64,000 nt of DNA from Verrucomicrobiia bacterium (GTDB lineage Bacteria; Verrucomicrobiota; Verrucomicrobiia; Limisphaerales; Palsa-1400): positions 1,929 through 65,928 of the forward strand of contig DASXZY010000042.1 of the NCBI GenBank assembly GCA_036501625.1, given 5' to 3'. Under the pieces are notes generated by a model. It searched no databases. It saw only the letters and a list, made by a program, of their open reading frames with translations, and had not been told where the DNA came from. Shown in pieces: positions 18,854-26,402 of the stretch. A program made the translations under genes and the position numbers. Position 1 is the first letter of the stretch; the number at the start of each line of letters is the position of its first letter.

Positions 18854-20278
18854 ATGAAAAACGCCATGCCAATATCGTGCTTTGCGGTAGTGGTTTCGAT
18901 GAGCACTTGGTCGCCGGTTCAAGCGCAGTTCAACACCTTCAACTTGCTGCATTCTTTTTATGAGACAAACAGCGAAGGAACCAGTCCGCAAGCCGGTTTG
19001 ATTCTGTCTGGTGATACCCTGTATGGGACGACGTGGCAGGGCGGGAGTGCGGGCTTTGGCACGATATTCAGAATAAGCCTCGATGGCTCAGGTTTTACGA
19101 ATCTTCACACTTTCACAGATGGCGCGGATGGGGCCAATCCGCAGGGAAGCCTGATTTTGGCGGGCAACATCCTTTACGGGACTGCACAAGGAGGGGGCAG
19201 TTGGGGCAATGGCACCGTGTTCTCGATCAATACAGATGGCACGGTTTTTACGAATCTTTATAGCTTCACAGGAGGGGGCGACGGAGCCAGTCCGCAAGGC
19301 ACTCTGACTTTGTCTGCGAGCAATCTGTACGGGACGGCATTTACCGGCGGCATAGCGGGGAACGGCGTCTTGTTCGCGCTTAACACCAACGGCACAGGCT
19401 TCACGAATCTTCACATTTTCAGCGCAACATTATCGGGCACGAACAGCGACGGAGCCAACCCGGATGGTGGCCTGTTCTTATCAGCCGAAACGTTGTATGG
19501 GGCGGCATATGCAGGCGGCAGTGCTAATCAAGGCACCGTGTTCAGAGTGAACACCGACGGCTCGGACTTCACAAACCTTCATAATTTCACTGCAACTTCT
19601 GTTTTTAGTCCTGTTACAAATAGCGATGGAGCCAATCCAGTGGCTGGTGTGATTCTGTCAAACAACACGCTGTATGGGACGGCGCAAATCGGGGGCAGCG
19701 CGGGCTGGGGAACCGTGTTTAGTGTTAATACGGACGGCTCGGATTTTACGAACCTGCATAGTTTCGGCGGCAAATTAGGTTTCAACTCGAGAGTCACCAA
19801 TACGGACGGAGCTTATCCGAATGGCGGTTTGATTTTGTCAGACGACACGCTTTATGGGGCGGCGCTTAATGGCGGCAGCACTGCTAAGGGCACTTTGTTC
19901 ACAATTCACACTGACGGCTCGGATTTTACGAACCTGCACAATTTCACCGGCAGCAGCGACGGAGCGAATCCGTACGGTTCCTTAATTTTATCTGGCAACG
20001 CATTATATGGGACGGCGTCTGAAGGTGGCACCGGGAACCAAGGCACCGTGTTCGCGTTGGCATCGCCAGAGGCTTTTATTCCGCCGATCTTAGGCATTTC
20101 TTCGGCAGGCAATCAATTCGTTCTCTATTGGCCCGCTTCGGCTACGAATTTCATTTTGCAGACAACCTCTAATTTGTCCTCGCCGAACTGGGCAACGGTT
20201 TCCAATGGGGTGCCGATAATCGGCGTCACACTCACTAATGTTTCGCCGGGCGCCTTCTTCCGTCTCCAACAGCAGTAA
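18854..20278 (+). CDS. Secreted Gloeo_Verruco (GloVer) tandem-repeat protein (island cargo)
   Basis: 474 aa with a signal peptide (ISCFAVVVSMSTWSPVQA). About 8 tandem ~45-50-aa repeats of the form F(T)NLHSF.....DGANP.GGLILSGNTLYGT...GG..G.GTVF.(I/V)NTDGS. C-terminal tail QFVLYWPASATNFILQTTSNL..WATV..GAFFRL. Confidence 0.85.
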   Translation: MKNAMPISCFAVVVSMSTWSPVQAQFNTFNLLHSFYETNSEGTSPQAGLILSGDTLYGTTWQGGSAGFGTIFRISLDGSGFTNLHTFTDGADGANPQGSLILAGNILYGTAQGGGSWGNGTVFSINTDGTVFTNLYSFTGGGDGASPQGTLTLSASNLYGTAFTGGIAGNGVLFALNTNGTGFTNLHIFSATLSGTNSDGANPDGGLFLSAETLYGAAYAGGSANQGTVFRVNTDGSDFTNLHNFTATSVFSPVTNSDGANPVAGVILSNNTLYGTAQIGGSAGWGTVFSVNTDGSDFTNLHSFGGKLGFNSRVTNTDGAYPNGGLILSDDTLYGAALNGGSTAKGTLFTIHTDGSDFTNLHNFTGSSDGANPYGSLILSGNALYGTASEGGTGNQGTVFALASPEAFIPPILGISSAGNQFVLYWPASATNFILQTTSNLSSPNWATVSNGVPIIGVTLTNVSPGAFFRLQQQ

Positions 20279-20335
20279 CGAGAGCGGGGGGTGTTCCTTG
20301 ACCCCACCCCATAACACCATGCCGTCCCCGTCATT

Positions 20336-20692
20336 TCAATCAGCGGCGGGTTTTTGCGGATTTTTGGGCAACCGTGCCAAAGCTCGCTGACACAATGGAT
20401 TGGAGATTCCGCGCAACCCAATGATCAGGCTTTCGACGGTGGACTTGTCCGCTCCGAGAAATTCCCCGGCCAGGACTTGGTTTGCGACATGCATCCACAG
20501 TGCGCAATCCGGCGGCAGATTGGCGGCTTTGGCCTCCAGCAAATCCAAAAGTTCGCGCTTGTGCTGGCGCAAGTCAGCTCTGATTTCAGGCGGACAATTG
20601 ACGGGCAAAAGCACTCTCAGCTTGTCGCCAGCGGGTTCAATCCGCCCACCCGCTTGTTTGACGGCCAGCAGGATTTCAGATGGAGTTCTCAT
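20336..20692 (-). CDS. Small protein translationally coupled to the primase (function unknown)
   Basis: 118 aa with a 4-nt overlap with the primase stop (20689-20692). The N-terminal L..L...GG.I...GDKLRV..P...PPEIRADLRQHKRELLDLL pattern resembles docking/helper domains seen next to mobile-element primases. Confidence 0.6.
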   Translation of the reverse strand: MRTPSEILLAVKQAGGRIEPAGDKLRVLLPVNCPPEIRADLRQHKRELLDLLEAKAANLPPDCALWMHVANQVLAGEFLGADKSTVESLIIGLRGISNPLCQRALARLPKNPQKPAAD

Positions 20693-23040
20693 ATCAATTC
20701 CTCGACCAACTCTTTCGTTCTCTCCTTACCCGGGGATTTTGAGTCGTGACAACGTGACAAATCAGCGTTTGCAAGGGTTTCGTCAGGATTTGAACCCGTG
20801 ACATGGTTCGGGGGTGTCACGCTTTCAGAAGTGGGCTTTCCCCCTGTAAAATCAAGGGTTGTCACGGTGTCACGCTTGGCAAGCCCCGAATTGGGCAGGT
20901 AACGCTCAAACGCCTCGTTGAAATCAGCGGTTTCGTAACCTTTAGCCCGGTCGTCAACGATGCGAAGTGTTCGCGGGTTAATGCCGAACGAATGGAGACG
21001 GCGGGCCAACCAAGACTCGGTGATCGGCTTGCCCCGGTTGGCTTCTGGCCACGGTCGGTCGGACATGACACACAGTGCCTCAACGAGCGACTTGGAAAAA
21101 ATGCGGGAGCCGGTTGATTCGGCCAGGACGTGGCGGATGTCTTCCAACAACGTCGTGCCGACACCTTGGGCGTCCATGTCATCACATGAAGTCAGCGCGG
21201 TAAATGCGGCGGCGGCCCGGAGCGGCCAGGCACCACCCGCAATTTCTGCGATGGCAAAGAGCGGTCGCCAGTTGTCGGCCAGCCGATTATGCGCTCCATC
21301 GGGCAAAGCCGGGTCGCACGCCTCAATCTTTTTGAAATTGTCGGCGGCCCAGCGCGCCAGCTTCCGGCAGAGTTCTTTTTCGGCGGCAACACGACGGGAG
21401 GAAAACCGCGCCGCTACTTCACCGGTTTTGGCGCGAGTCAAAACAATGCCGATGCTACGGTCGTGCAAGGTGCCCGGAAGCGTGCCGATGCCACAAAGCA
21501 CGACGGGGGCGAACACGTTGAAAGCGCGGACTTCGTGTTCGTCGCCTTCGCAACGCAAGGCTTGTCCCCCGCGTCGGTGGCCCGCGTTTAAAAGGCCGCG
21601 CAGTTCGTCGCTATCGGGCAACCAAGCGTCGTACTCGTCCGCTAGAACTACAAGCTTATGCTTCTCAATGAGACGAAACAAGACGGCAGGCGTTTGATTC
21701 TCCGTCTGAACGGAGCGCGGAACAAACAACGCGACAACATCACTCAATGTGGTTTTGCCACATCCTTTTTCGGGCGAGCGGATGTTGAGTCGCGGTGTCA
21801 CATCGAACGCCTGAAAAGAATGAGTATGAGCCACCCACAATGCGATTGCATCGGCAGCGCCAGGAGGCAGCGCCACATACCGCGTGACGGCGGCGGCAAC
21901 GGCGGTCAGTATTTCCGCGCCGTCAACGGGTTCTGGCCAGGGTTCAACTTCGGGTATCTCTACGGCGCAACCTTGCAAATGGCCGCCGGTTTCACCGCGC
22001 TGCTTTTCAACCTCGGCGTCCAGGGTCGAAACGCGCACACCAAGTGCATTTGCTTCTGTCTGGCGGCAACGGTCATATTCCGCCGGGGGCAAGTCGGCCA
22101 GGCGCGCGTAGGTATCCGTATCGTTTTCTGTGGGCAGGACGGCAGTGTCAATTTGTTGTTTGACTGTGGGTAGTTCTTCAAGTGCGGCCAAATCGTTGAA
22201 ATCAGTCGGCTTGGTCGTGGCGTCTTTGAATTGCGGCACGGCCAGCCGGGCGCGGATTGCCTTTGCGGCGGCGGTTGCATCCGTCACGCCCGGATTTTTC
22301 CTTGGCGCTTCGGTCCACTGGTCATTGTCGGCGGCGATGATGATTTCGCGTTGCGGCCACAATTCACGCGCCGCCTTCGCTACCGCAATCAGGTTGTGGC
22401 AATTCATGGCGCAGATTACGGCATGGCCGGTTGCCTCATGGAGGCTCACGCCGGTTGCGTAGCCTTCGCAGATGACAAGAGGGCCATCCGCCTTGTCAGC
22501 AAGGGTGAAGAAACATTCCTGTATGCGGCCACCGCCAAGGAAATTCTTTTGACCTTCCGCACCAATGAATTGGAATGAATGAAGTTCGCCGTTGATGTCG
22601 CGGAGTGGCAGCGCAATCGTGCCTCGATGCCCCCGCGCCTCGCCGCAGACCTGAACGCGCTTGGCGGCAAGGTAGGGATGCGAGGCAGACAGCGGTTCGG
22701 CGCGTTTGAGAATCCGGGCGGCTATTTTGCGCGCCTTTTCCCGGCGTTCCTTTTCCCCCCTCTCACGCTCGCGTTTAGCCTCCTGCAAAGACTGGCGGGC
22801 GCGTTGCCATTCCGCTTGCGACAAATGTCCGTTGCGGTCGTGCCAATCTTCATTGATGCCGCGCTTCCAGCACCCAAACGCCCCGGCCATCGGCGGCCCG
22901 GCATACAGCACGTACCAACTGTTTTTCGACTTGTCATCTCCGGCGCGGAAGCGGTGGAGTTTGCCGTCCGCCTCAATTGGCCCGGCGCAGTCTAGGCCAG
23001 CGCGGTGCAGTGCGGCGCGAAAGGAATCAAGGGCGTTCAT
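20689..23040 (-). CDS. Mobile-element DNA primase (Toprim) fused to DUF3631-type P-loop domain
   Basis: The ATG at 23040 (MNALDSFRAAL..) is preferred over the track start at 23094. N-terminal DGKLHRF..KNSWYVLY motif. Toprim region LVICEGYATGVSLHEATG..IIIAADND..DFNDL. C-terminal NIRSPEKGCGKTTLSDVV P-loop as in DUF3631/VirE-like domains. Confidence 0.8.
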   Translation of the reverse strand: MNALDSFRAALHRAGLDCAGPIEADGKLHRFRAGDDKSKNSWYVLYAGPPMAGAFGCWKRGINEDWHDRNGHLSQAEWQRARQSLQEAKRERERGEKERREKARKIAARILKRAEPLSASHPYLAAKRVQVCGEARGHRGTIALPLRDINGELHSFQFIGAEGQKNFLGGGRIQECFFTLADKADGPLVICEGYATGVSLHEATGHAVICAMNCHNLIAVAKAARELWPQREIIIAADNDQWTEAPRKNPGVTDATAAAKAIRARLAVPQFKDATTKPTDFNDLAALEELPTVKQQIDTAVLPTENDTDTYARLADLPPAEYDRCRQTEANALGVRVSTLDAEVEKQRGETGGHLQGCAVEIPEVEPWPEPVDGAEILTAVAAAVTRYVALPPGAADAIALWVAHTHSFQAFDVTPRLNIRSPEKGCGKTTLSDVVALFVPRSVQTENQTPAVLFRLIEKHKLVVLADEYDAWLPDSDELRGLLNAGHRRGGQALRCEGDEHEVRAFNVFAPVVLCGIGTLPGTLHDRSIGIVLTRAKTGEVAARFSSRRVAAEKELCRKLARWAADNFKKIEACDPALPDGAHNRLADNWRPLFAIAEIAGGAWPLRAAAAFTALTSCDDMDAQGVGTTLLEDIRHVLAESTGSRIFSKSLVEALCVMSDRPWPEANRGKPITESWLARRLHSFGINPRTLRIVDDRAKGYETADFNEAFERYLPNSGLAKRDTVTTLDFTGGKPTSESVTPPNHVTGSNPDETLANADLSRCHDSKSPGKERTKELVEELI

Positions 23041-23258
23041 TATTCGATGCCTCCGCGTTGCATCTTCAATAACGCCTGCTCCACAGTCGGCCAATGGAAC
23101 AGCACGCGCCTGCCGGTGACATTCACGTAAGGAATTTTGCCGGACGTTCGCCAGGTCGCCAAAGTTCTCCGGCTGATTGGCAGGCGTTGCAACAGCGTCG
23201 CGGTGTCGATGAAACCCGGCTCATGGCCGGCCAAATTGATCAATTGATCCTTTGCCAT
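23040..23258 (-). CDS. Excisionase/AlpA-type helix-turn-helix DNA-binding protein
   Basis: 72 aa. ATLLQRLPISRRTLATWRTSGKIPYVNVTGRRVLFHWPTVEQAL is the HTH_17/excisionase pattern. Its stop overlaps the primase start (TAATG). Confidence 0.75.
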   Translation of the reverse strand: MAKDQLINLAGHEPGFIDTATLLQRLPISRRTLATWRTSGKIPYVNVTGRRVLFHWPTVEQALLKMQRGGIE

Positions 23259-23394
23259 GCAAACAGATTACACGGCGAGAAATGCCGGTTTGAATTGTGC
23301 CCCGGCAGCATGGGGGGGGTATCTACGCTATCAAAAAGCAGCATCGCGGGCGCTCTACACGATAGTTCGGCAGCAAAAGCGCGTCCGAATCCTG

Positions 23395-24162
23395 TCAAGA
23401 GGCGGGAATTGCTCTTTTTGCACGCTTCTTTGCTTCGTATTCCTTCGCGGCGCGTGCGCGTCCGGCAGCCTTCTTTTTGGCGGTTTTTTCAGGCAACCAC
23501 CATCTAGGATATTCCTCGGAGCAGATATGCCAAGTCAGGTCGTCAATCCCATCGGTAGAATAGAGCGTAAAGCGGGCATCCAGCAATCTTTCACGCTGCT
23601 TTGCGTCTAAGAGGGACGACTCCTGTTGCACGATAGATTTTTTCAGCAATTCGGCGGTCTCTTTTGGTGATAAGCTTCCGGGGACGGATGCCTGGACGAG
23701 AATCACTCCGCGCTTGGCAGCATCGGTTATTTGTTCTTCAAGACGGGCCAATCGCATTCGGATGTCGTTAAGATTAAAGATTTTTGCGCTTTCGGCTGCA
23801 TCAATTTGCCAGGATAGGAATTTTCGGAAACGGGGTTGATTGTCCGCCTTTTTCTTCCCCTTGACGATCAAACGATAGAAGTCATCCAGTGTTGCCGGAA
23901 ACTTTTCTGGCATTGGTGGTTTTTCAAATTCCTTTGAAGCAATCTCTGCTTTACTCTGTGGTCGCGCGCTTTTCTCCAATGAAGATTGGCAATCATGGAG
24001 CAGATGCAGAGCGGCATCTATCGCTTCTTTGTTTGGCAGGGTGGTGAATCGGGATTGTGCAACAAGATGCGCGAGTGCGACGGCGTCTATTGTCGGGGGC
24101 GTCGGAGCGGCGTTTTGCTCTGCGCCTCGCTGCTTATCGAGTTTCGAGTCTGGAATGTTCAT
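23395..24162 (-). CDS. Hypothetical protein (island, between int and xis)
   Basis: The ATG at 24162 (MNIPDSKL..) lies 6 nt downstream of the integrase stop; the track start at 24237 would overlap int. 255 aa, Lys-rich C-terminus, no motif recognised. Confidence 0.55.
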   Translation of the reverse strand: MNIPDSKLDKQRGAEQNAAPTPPTIDAVALAHLVAQSRFTTLPNKEAIDAALHLLHDCQSSLEKSARPQSKAEIASKEFEKPPMPEKFPATLDDFYRLIVKGKKKADNQPRFRKFLSWQIDAAESAKIFNLNDIRMRLARLEEQITDAAKRGVILVQASVPGSLSPKETAELLKKSIVQQESSLLDAKQRERLLDARFTLYSTDGIDDLTWHICSEEYPRWWLPEKTAKKKAAGRARAAKEYEAKKRAKRAIPAS

Positions 24163-24167
24163 GCGTT

Positions 24168-25463
24168 TCAACCGTTCGCGCTCGCGTGCAGCGGGATGAC
24201 ATTGGCACTGGATTTCGACGGCCTGACGGAAAACCATTTTTCCGCCTCAGCTTTCGTGGCCAGTCCCTTGTAATGCGCGTGAATCATGGCCGGGGAATTG
24301 CCCGCCTGGGCGGCGGTCAAGTTTTCGTTGCTGTGCAAGGCGAAATGAAACGAGCAATAGCCGTGGCGCATACCGTTGCGGCGTGACGGGATTTTGAGGG
24401 ACTCACGCAACCGGACAAATGCCCGCATATAGCCGTTAATCCCGGTAGGTTGGTTCCATAAGCGGCCTTCCATCGCCCGAAACGGTTCCAGCCATGCGGC
24501 CAGCGCCGGGCAGATTTCCACCAGACGGCGGCGGCGTGTCTTGGCGTTTTGCGCGGTGATTTCGACATGGCCGGGGATGCCAAAAACATTTTCCCATGTC
24601 AGGCGCAAGGTTTCCTCAAGGCGAAGCCCGGCCAGCCCTTGCAGGGCCATGATGGCACGCAGCGGGCCTTCCGCCGATTCGAGCAAGCCGCGCAATTCAG
24701 CGGGCCGGTAAAAGTCGGTTGCGGCGGCGTCAAGCGGTTCTTTCTGCATGGCGTCGGATTCGATTAAGCGGTGGGTGGGTGAGAGATAATCCTGCCGGAC
24801 ACACCAGCGCAAGAACATGGCTACGGCGGCGCGGCGGTCGTTGCGCGACTTTGGCCCAAGAGCGGTGTGGGTGGCCATGTAGCGGGCCAGAAAATCGCGA
24901 TTCAAGTCGCCAAGGCGATGCCCCGGAAACGTCGCGGCAAATTCCTGTAGCCAGCATTCGACGTGCGAGGCATAGCAAGGCGAGAGTTGAGAGCGTTTGC
25001 CGTCCACCGCTTGCGCCTTGGGTTTCCTGACGGCAAGGAATTCCTTCACGGCGTCGGCCATCAGCTTGGGCTTGACCGTGGCGAGCGTGTGGGCAAAAGC
25101 CTTCACGGACTCGGTTAGGCCGTATCCTTGCGGCAATTGCTTGATGGCGTCCAGAAAGCCCGTGACGGCTTCCAAGGCCGTGAAAGTGCGCCCGGTGTCG
25201 CGGCGGCAGGCGTCTAGGGCGTCGCGAATGGAAAGGGCGGCGGCGGCTTCCTTGCCGGTCAAGGCGGTGACTTGCGAGCCTTGCGCCAATTCCTTCACAA
25301 GGGCATCGGCCCGGCGCTTCACTTCGCTGTAAGATTGGAAACGCTCCATCCGGCGCTTGCCCGCCACGCGCCAAGCCAGCCGGTAAGCCGGATAGCTGGC
25401 GGACTTGCCGTAAATCGTGGCAAGGACTTGTCCCCGATGTCGGATGCGTTTTGGGAATCGCAT
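24168..25463 (-). CDS. int: Tyrosine-type site-specific integrase
   Basis: The track ORF extends to 25613 across the tRNA; the ATG at 25463 (MRFPKRIRHRGQV..) is the plausible start. The C-terminal catalytic region includes ..GLRLEE.., ..HGMRHGYCSF.. and ..MIHAHYKGL (R, HxxR, Y). Confidence 0.85.
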   Translation of the reverse strand: MRFPKRIRHRGQVLATIYGKSASYPAYRLAWRVAGKRRMERFQSYSEVKRRADALVKELAQGSQVTALTGKEAAAALSIRDALDACRRDTGRTFTALEAVTGFLDAIKQLPQGYGLTESVKAFAHTLATVKPKLMADAVKEFLAVRKPKAQAVDGKRSQLSPCYASHVECWLQEFAATFPGHRLGDLNRDFLARYMATHTALGPKSRNDRRAAVAMFLRWCVRQDYLSPTHRLIESDAMQKEPLDAAATDFYRPAELRGLLESAEGPLRAIMALQGLAGLRLEETLRLTWENVFGIPGHVEITAQNAKTRRRRLVEICPALAAWLEPFRAMEGRLWNQPTGINGYMRAFVRLRESLKIPSRRNGMRHGYCSFHFALHSNENLTAAQAGNSPAMIHAHYKGLATKAEAEKWFSVRPSKSSANVIPLHASANG

Positions 25464-25491
25464 GTTCTCTGTTTCGGAATCGGGCGTTTTC

Positions 25492-25509
25492 TGTGTCGTT
25501 TCTGTGTCT
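25492..25509 (+). promoter_or_regulatory. Two TGTGTC(G/T) repeats between the int start and the att repeat (candidate arm-type sites)
   Basis: TGTGTCG at 25492-25498 and TGTGTCT at 25503-25509, 11 bp apart. The 12-mer TTTTCTGTGTCG (25487-25498) is identical to 16461-16472. Confidence 0.5.
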
Positions 25510-25527
25510 AAAACATCCGAATTCTCC

Positions 25528-25569
25528 GCTTCCCTCTTAAAAATGGTGCGCGAGAGAGGACTTGAACCT
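25528..25569. repeat. tRNA-proximal att repeat
   Basis: Partner of 16218-16259; overlaps the 3' 26 nt of tRNA-Leu. Confidence 0.85.
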
Positions 25570-25627
25570 CCACCCCTTTCGGGACCAGATCCTAAGTCTG
25601 GCGTGTCTGCCATTCCACCACTCGCGC
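25544..25627 (-). tRNA. tRNA-Leu (anticodon UAG), CCA encoded
   Basis: Folded by hand. Acceptor stem GCGCGAG/CUCGCGC and U8. D-stem GUG/CAC. Anticodon stem CCAGA/UCUGG with loop CUUAGGA. Long variable arm CCC-GAAA-GGG. T-arm GGAGG-UUCAAGU-CCUCU, discriminator A, CCA. 84 nt. Confidence 0.9.
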
Positions 25628-25821
25628 GCCGACTCAGCGGGAGCCTCCGCCGTGTCGTGCAAGTTTCGCAAAGGGGTTGGCGGGGCGCAAGCAGCCAGTT
25701 CTAACGGGCGGCGCAAAAAAACAACATTTGCCAAATTCAATGTCATGGTTTACCATCAAATAGTGGTTGTGCGCTTTGGCGCGGTGATCTTTGACATTTT
25801 TTGAGAGGTTGCCTGGAGCGG

Positions 25822-26240
25822 GTTGAGGCGGAATATCGGCCGGTTCGGGGCAAAACGCGGGAAAACAAGGCGGCACAAGGCAGCGCTCGCCGGCAACTGT
25901 TGCCGGCAAAGCCCCGAAGTTTTCGGATGGCGGGACCATTGGCGGCATGGAAATTCGGACAAAACGGCGCAAAACGTGGGAAAACAAGATGGCACAAGGC
26001 AGCAATCGCTGGGAACTGGTGCCGGCAAAGCCCCCGAAGTTTTCGGATGGCGAGATTATTGGCGGCATGGAAATTCGGACAAAACGGCGCAAAACGCGGG
26101 AAAACAAGGCGGCACAAGGCAGCAATCGCTGGGAACTGGTGCCGGCAAAGCCCCGAAGTTTTCGGATGGCGAGATTATTGGCGGCATGGAAATTCGGGCA
26201 AAACGGAGCAAACATGGGAAAACACGGTCGAACAAGGCAG
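25822..26240. repeat. Tandem repeat array, ~120-bp unit x ~3.5 copies, non-coding
   Basis: The anchor GGCGGCATGGAAATTCGG recurs at 25941, 26061 and 26180 (periods 120 and 119). Copies 2 and 3 differ by about 3 substitutions and 1 indel. The first copy is degenerate at its 5' side and the last is truncated. Each unit has AAAAC x3 phased at 10 bp and a CCGAA-gtt-TTCGG hairpin. Confidence 0.9.
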
Positions 26241-26402
26241 TTTTCGAAAAATAAGGCGGAAACGGCAAAAGATATGATTTAGATTATTTAGATACTATTT
26301 GCTTGCAAATAAATTTGATAGATAGTAAATGATAGTCAATAGACAGGAAGCTGATAGGCGCGAGAGCGCGGCCGCTGGCTTCCCGCAACGAAAGGAAGTC
26401 TT

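Larger units (their letters stand above)
16218..25569. mobile_element. Integrative element (~9.3 kb) in the 3' end of tRNA-Leu(UAG): int, xis-type HTH, Toprim/DUF3631 primase plus cargo
   Basis: Bounded by 42-bp direct repeats 9310 bp apart. The integrase abuts the tRNA, and the cargo part is visibly lower in GC than the flanks. Confidence 0.8.

Noticed and set aside
25464-25613. N-terminal extension of the integrase ORF.
   Set aside because: It runs through the att repeat and the tRNA-Leu gene. The ATG at 25463 is followed directly by integrase-like sequence.
25822-26240. Possible CRISPR array.
   Set aside because: The repeats are ~120 bp, directly abutting, with no unique spacers and no cas genes nearby. 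It is a plain tandem repeat.
25634-26282. Multiple 70-190-aa ORFs in several frames on both strands across the tandem repeat (for example 25634-26215 minus, 25801-26277 plus).
   Set aside because: They are artefacts of a stop-poor repeated sequence. The translations are periodic low-complexity, overlap each other and, for the longest ORF, the tRNA, and have no start or RBS context.
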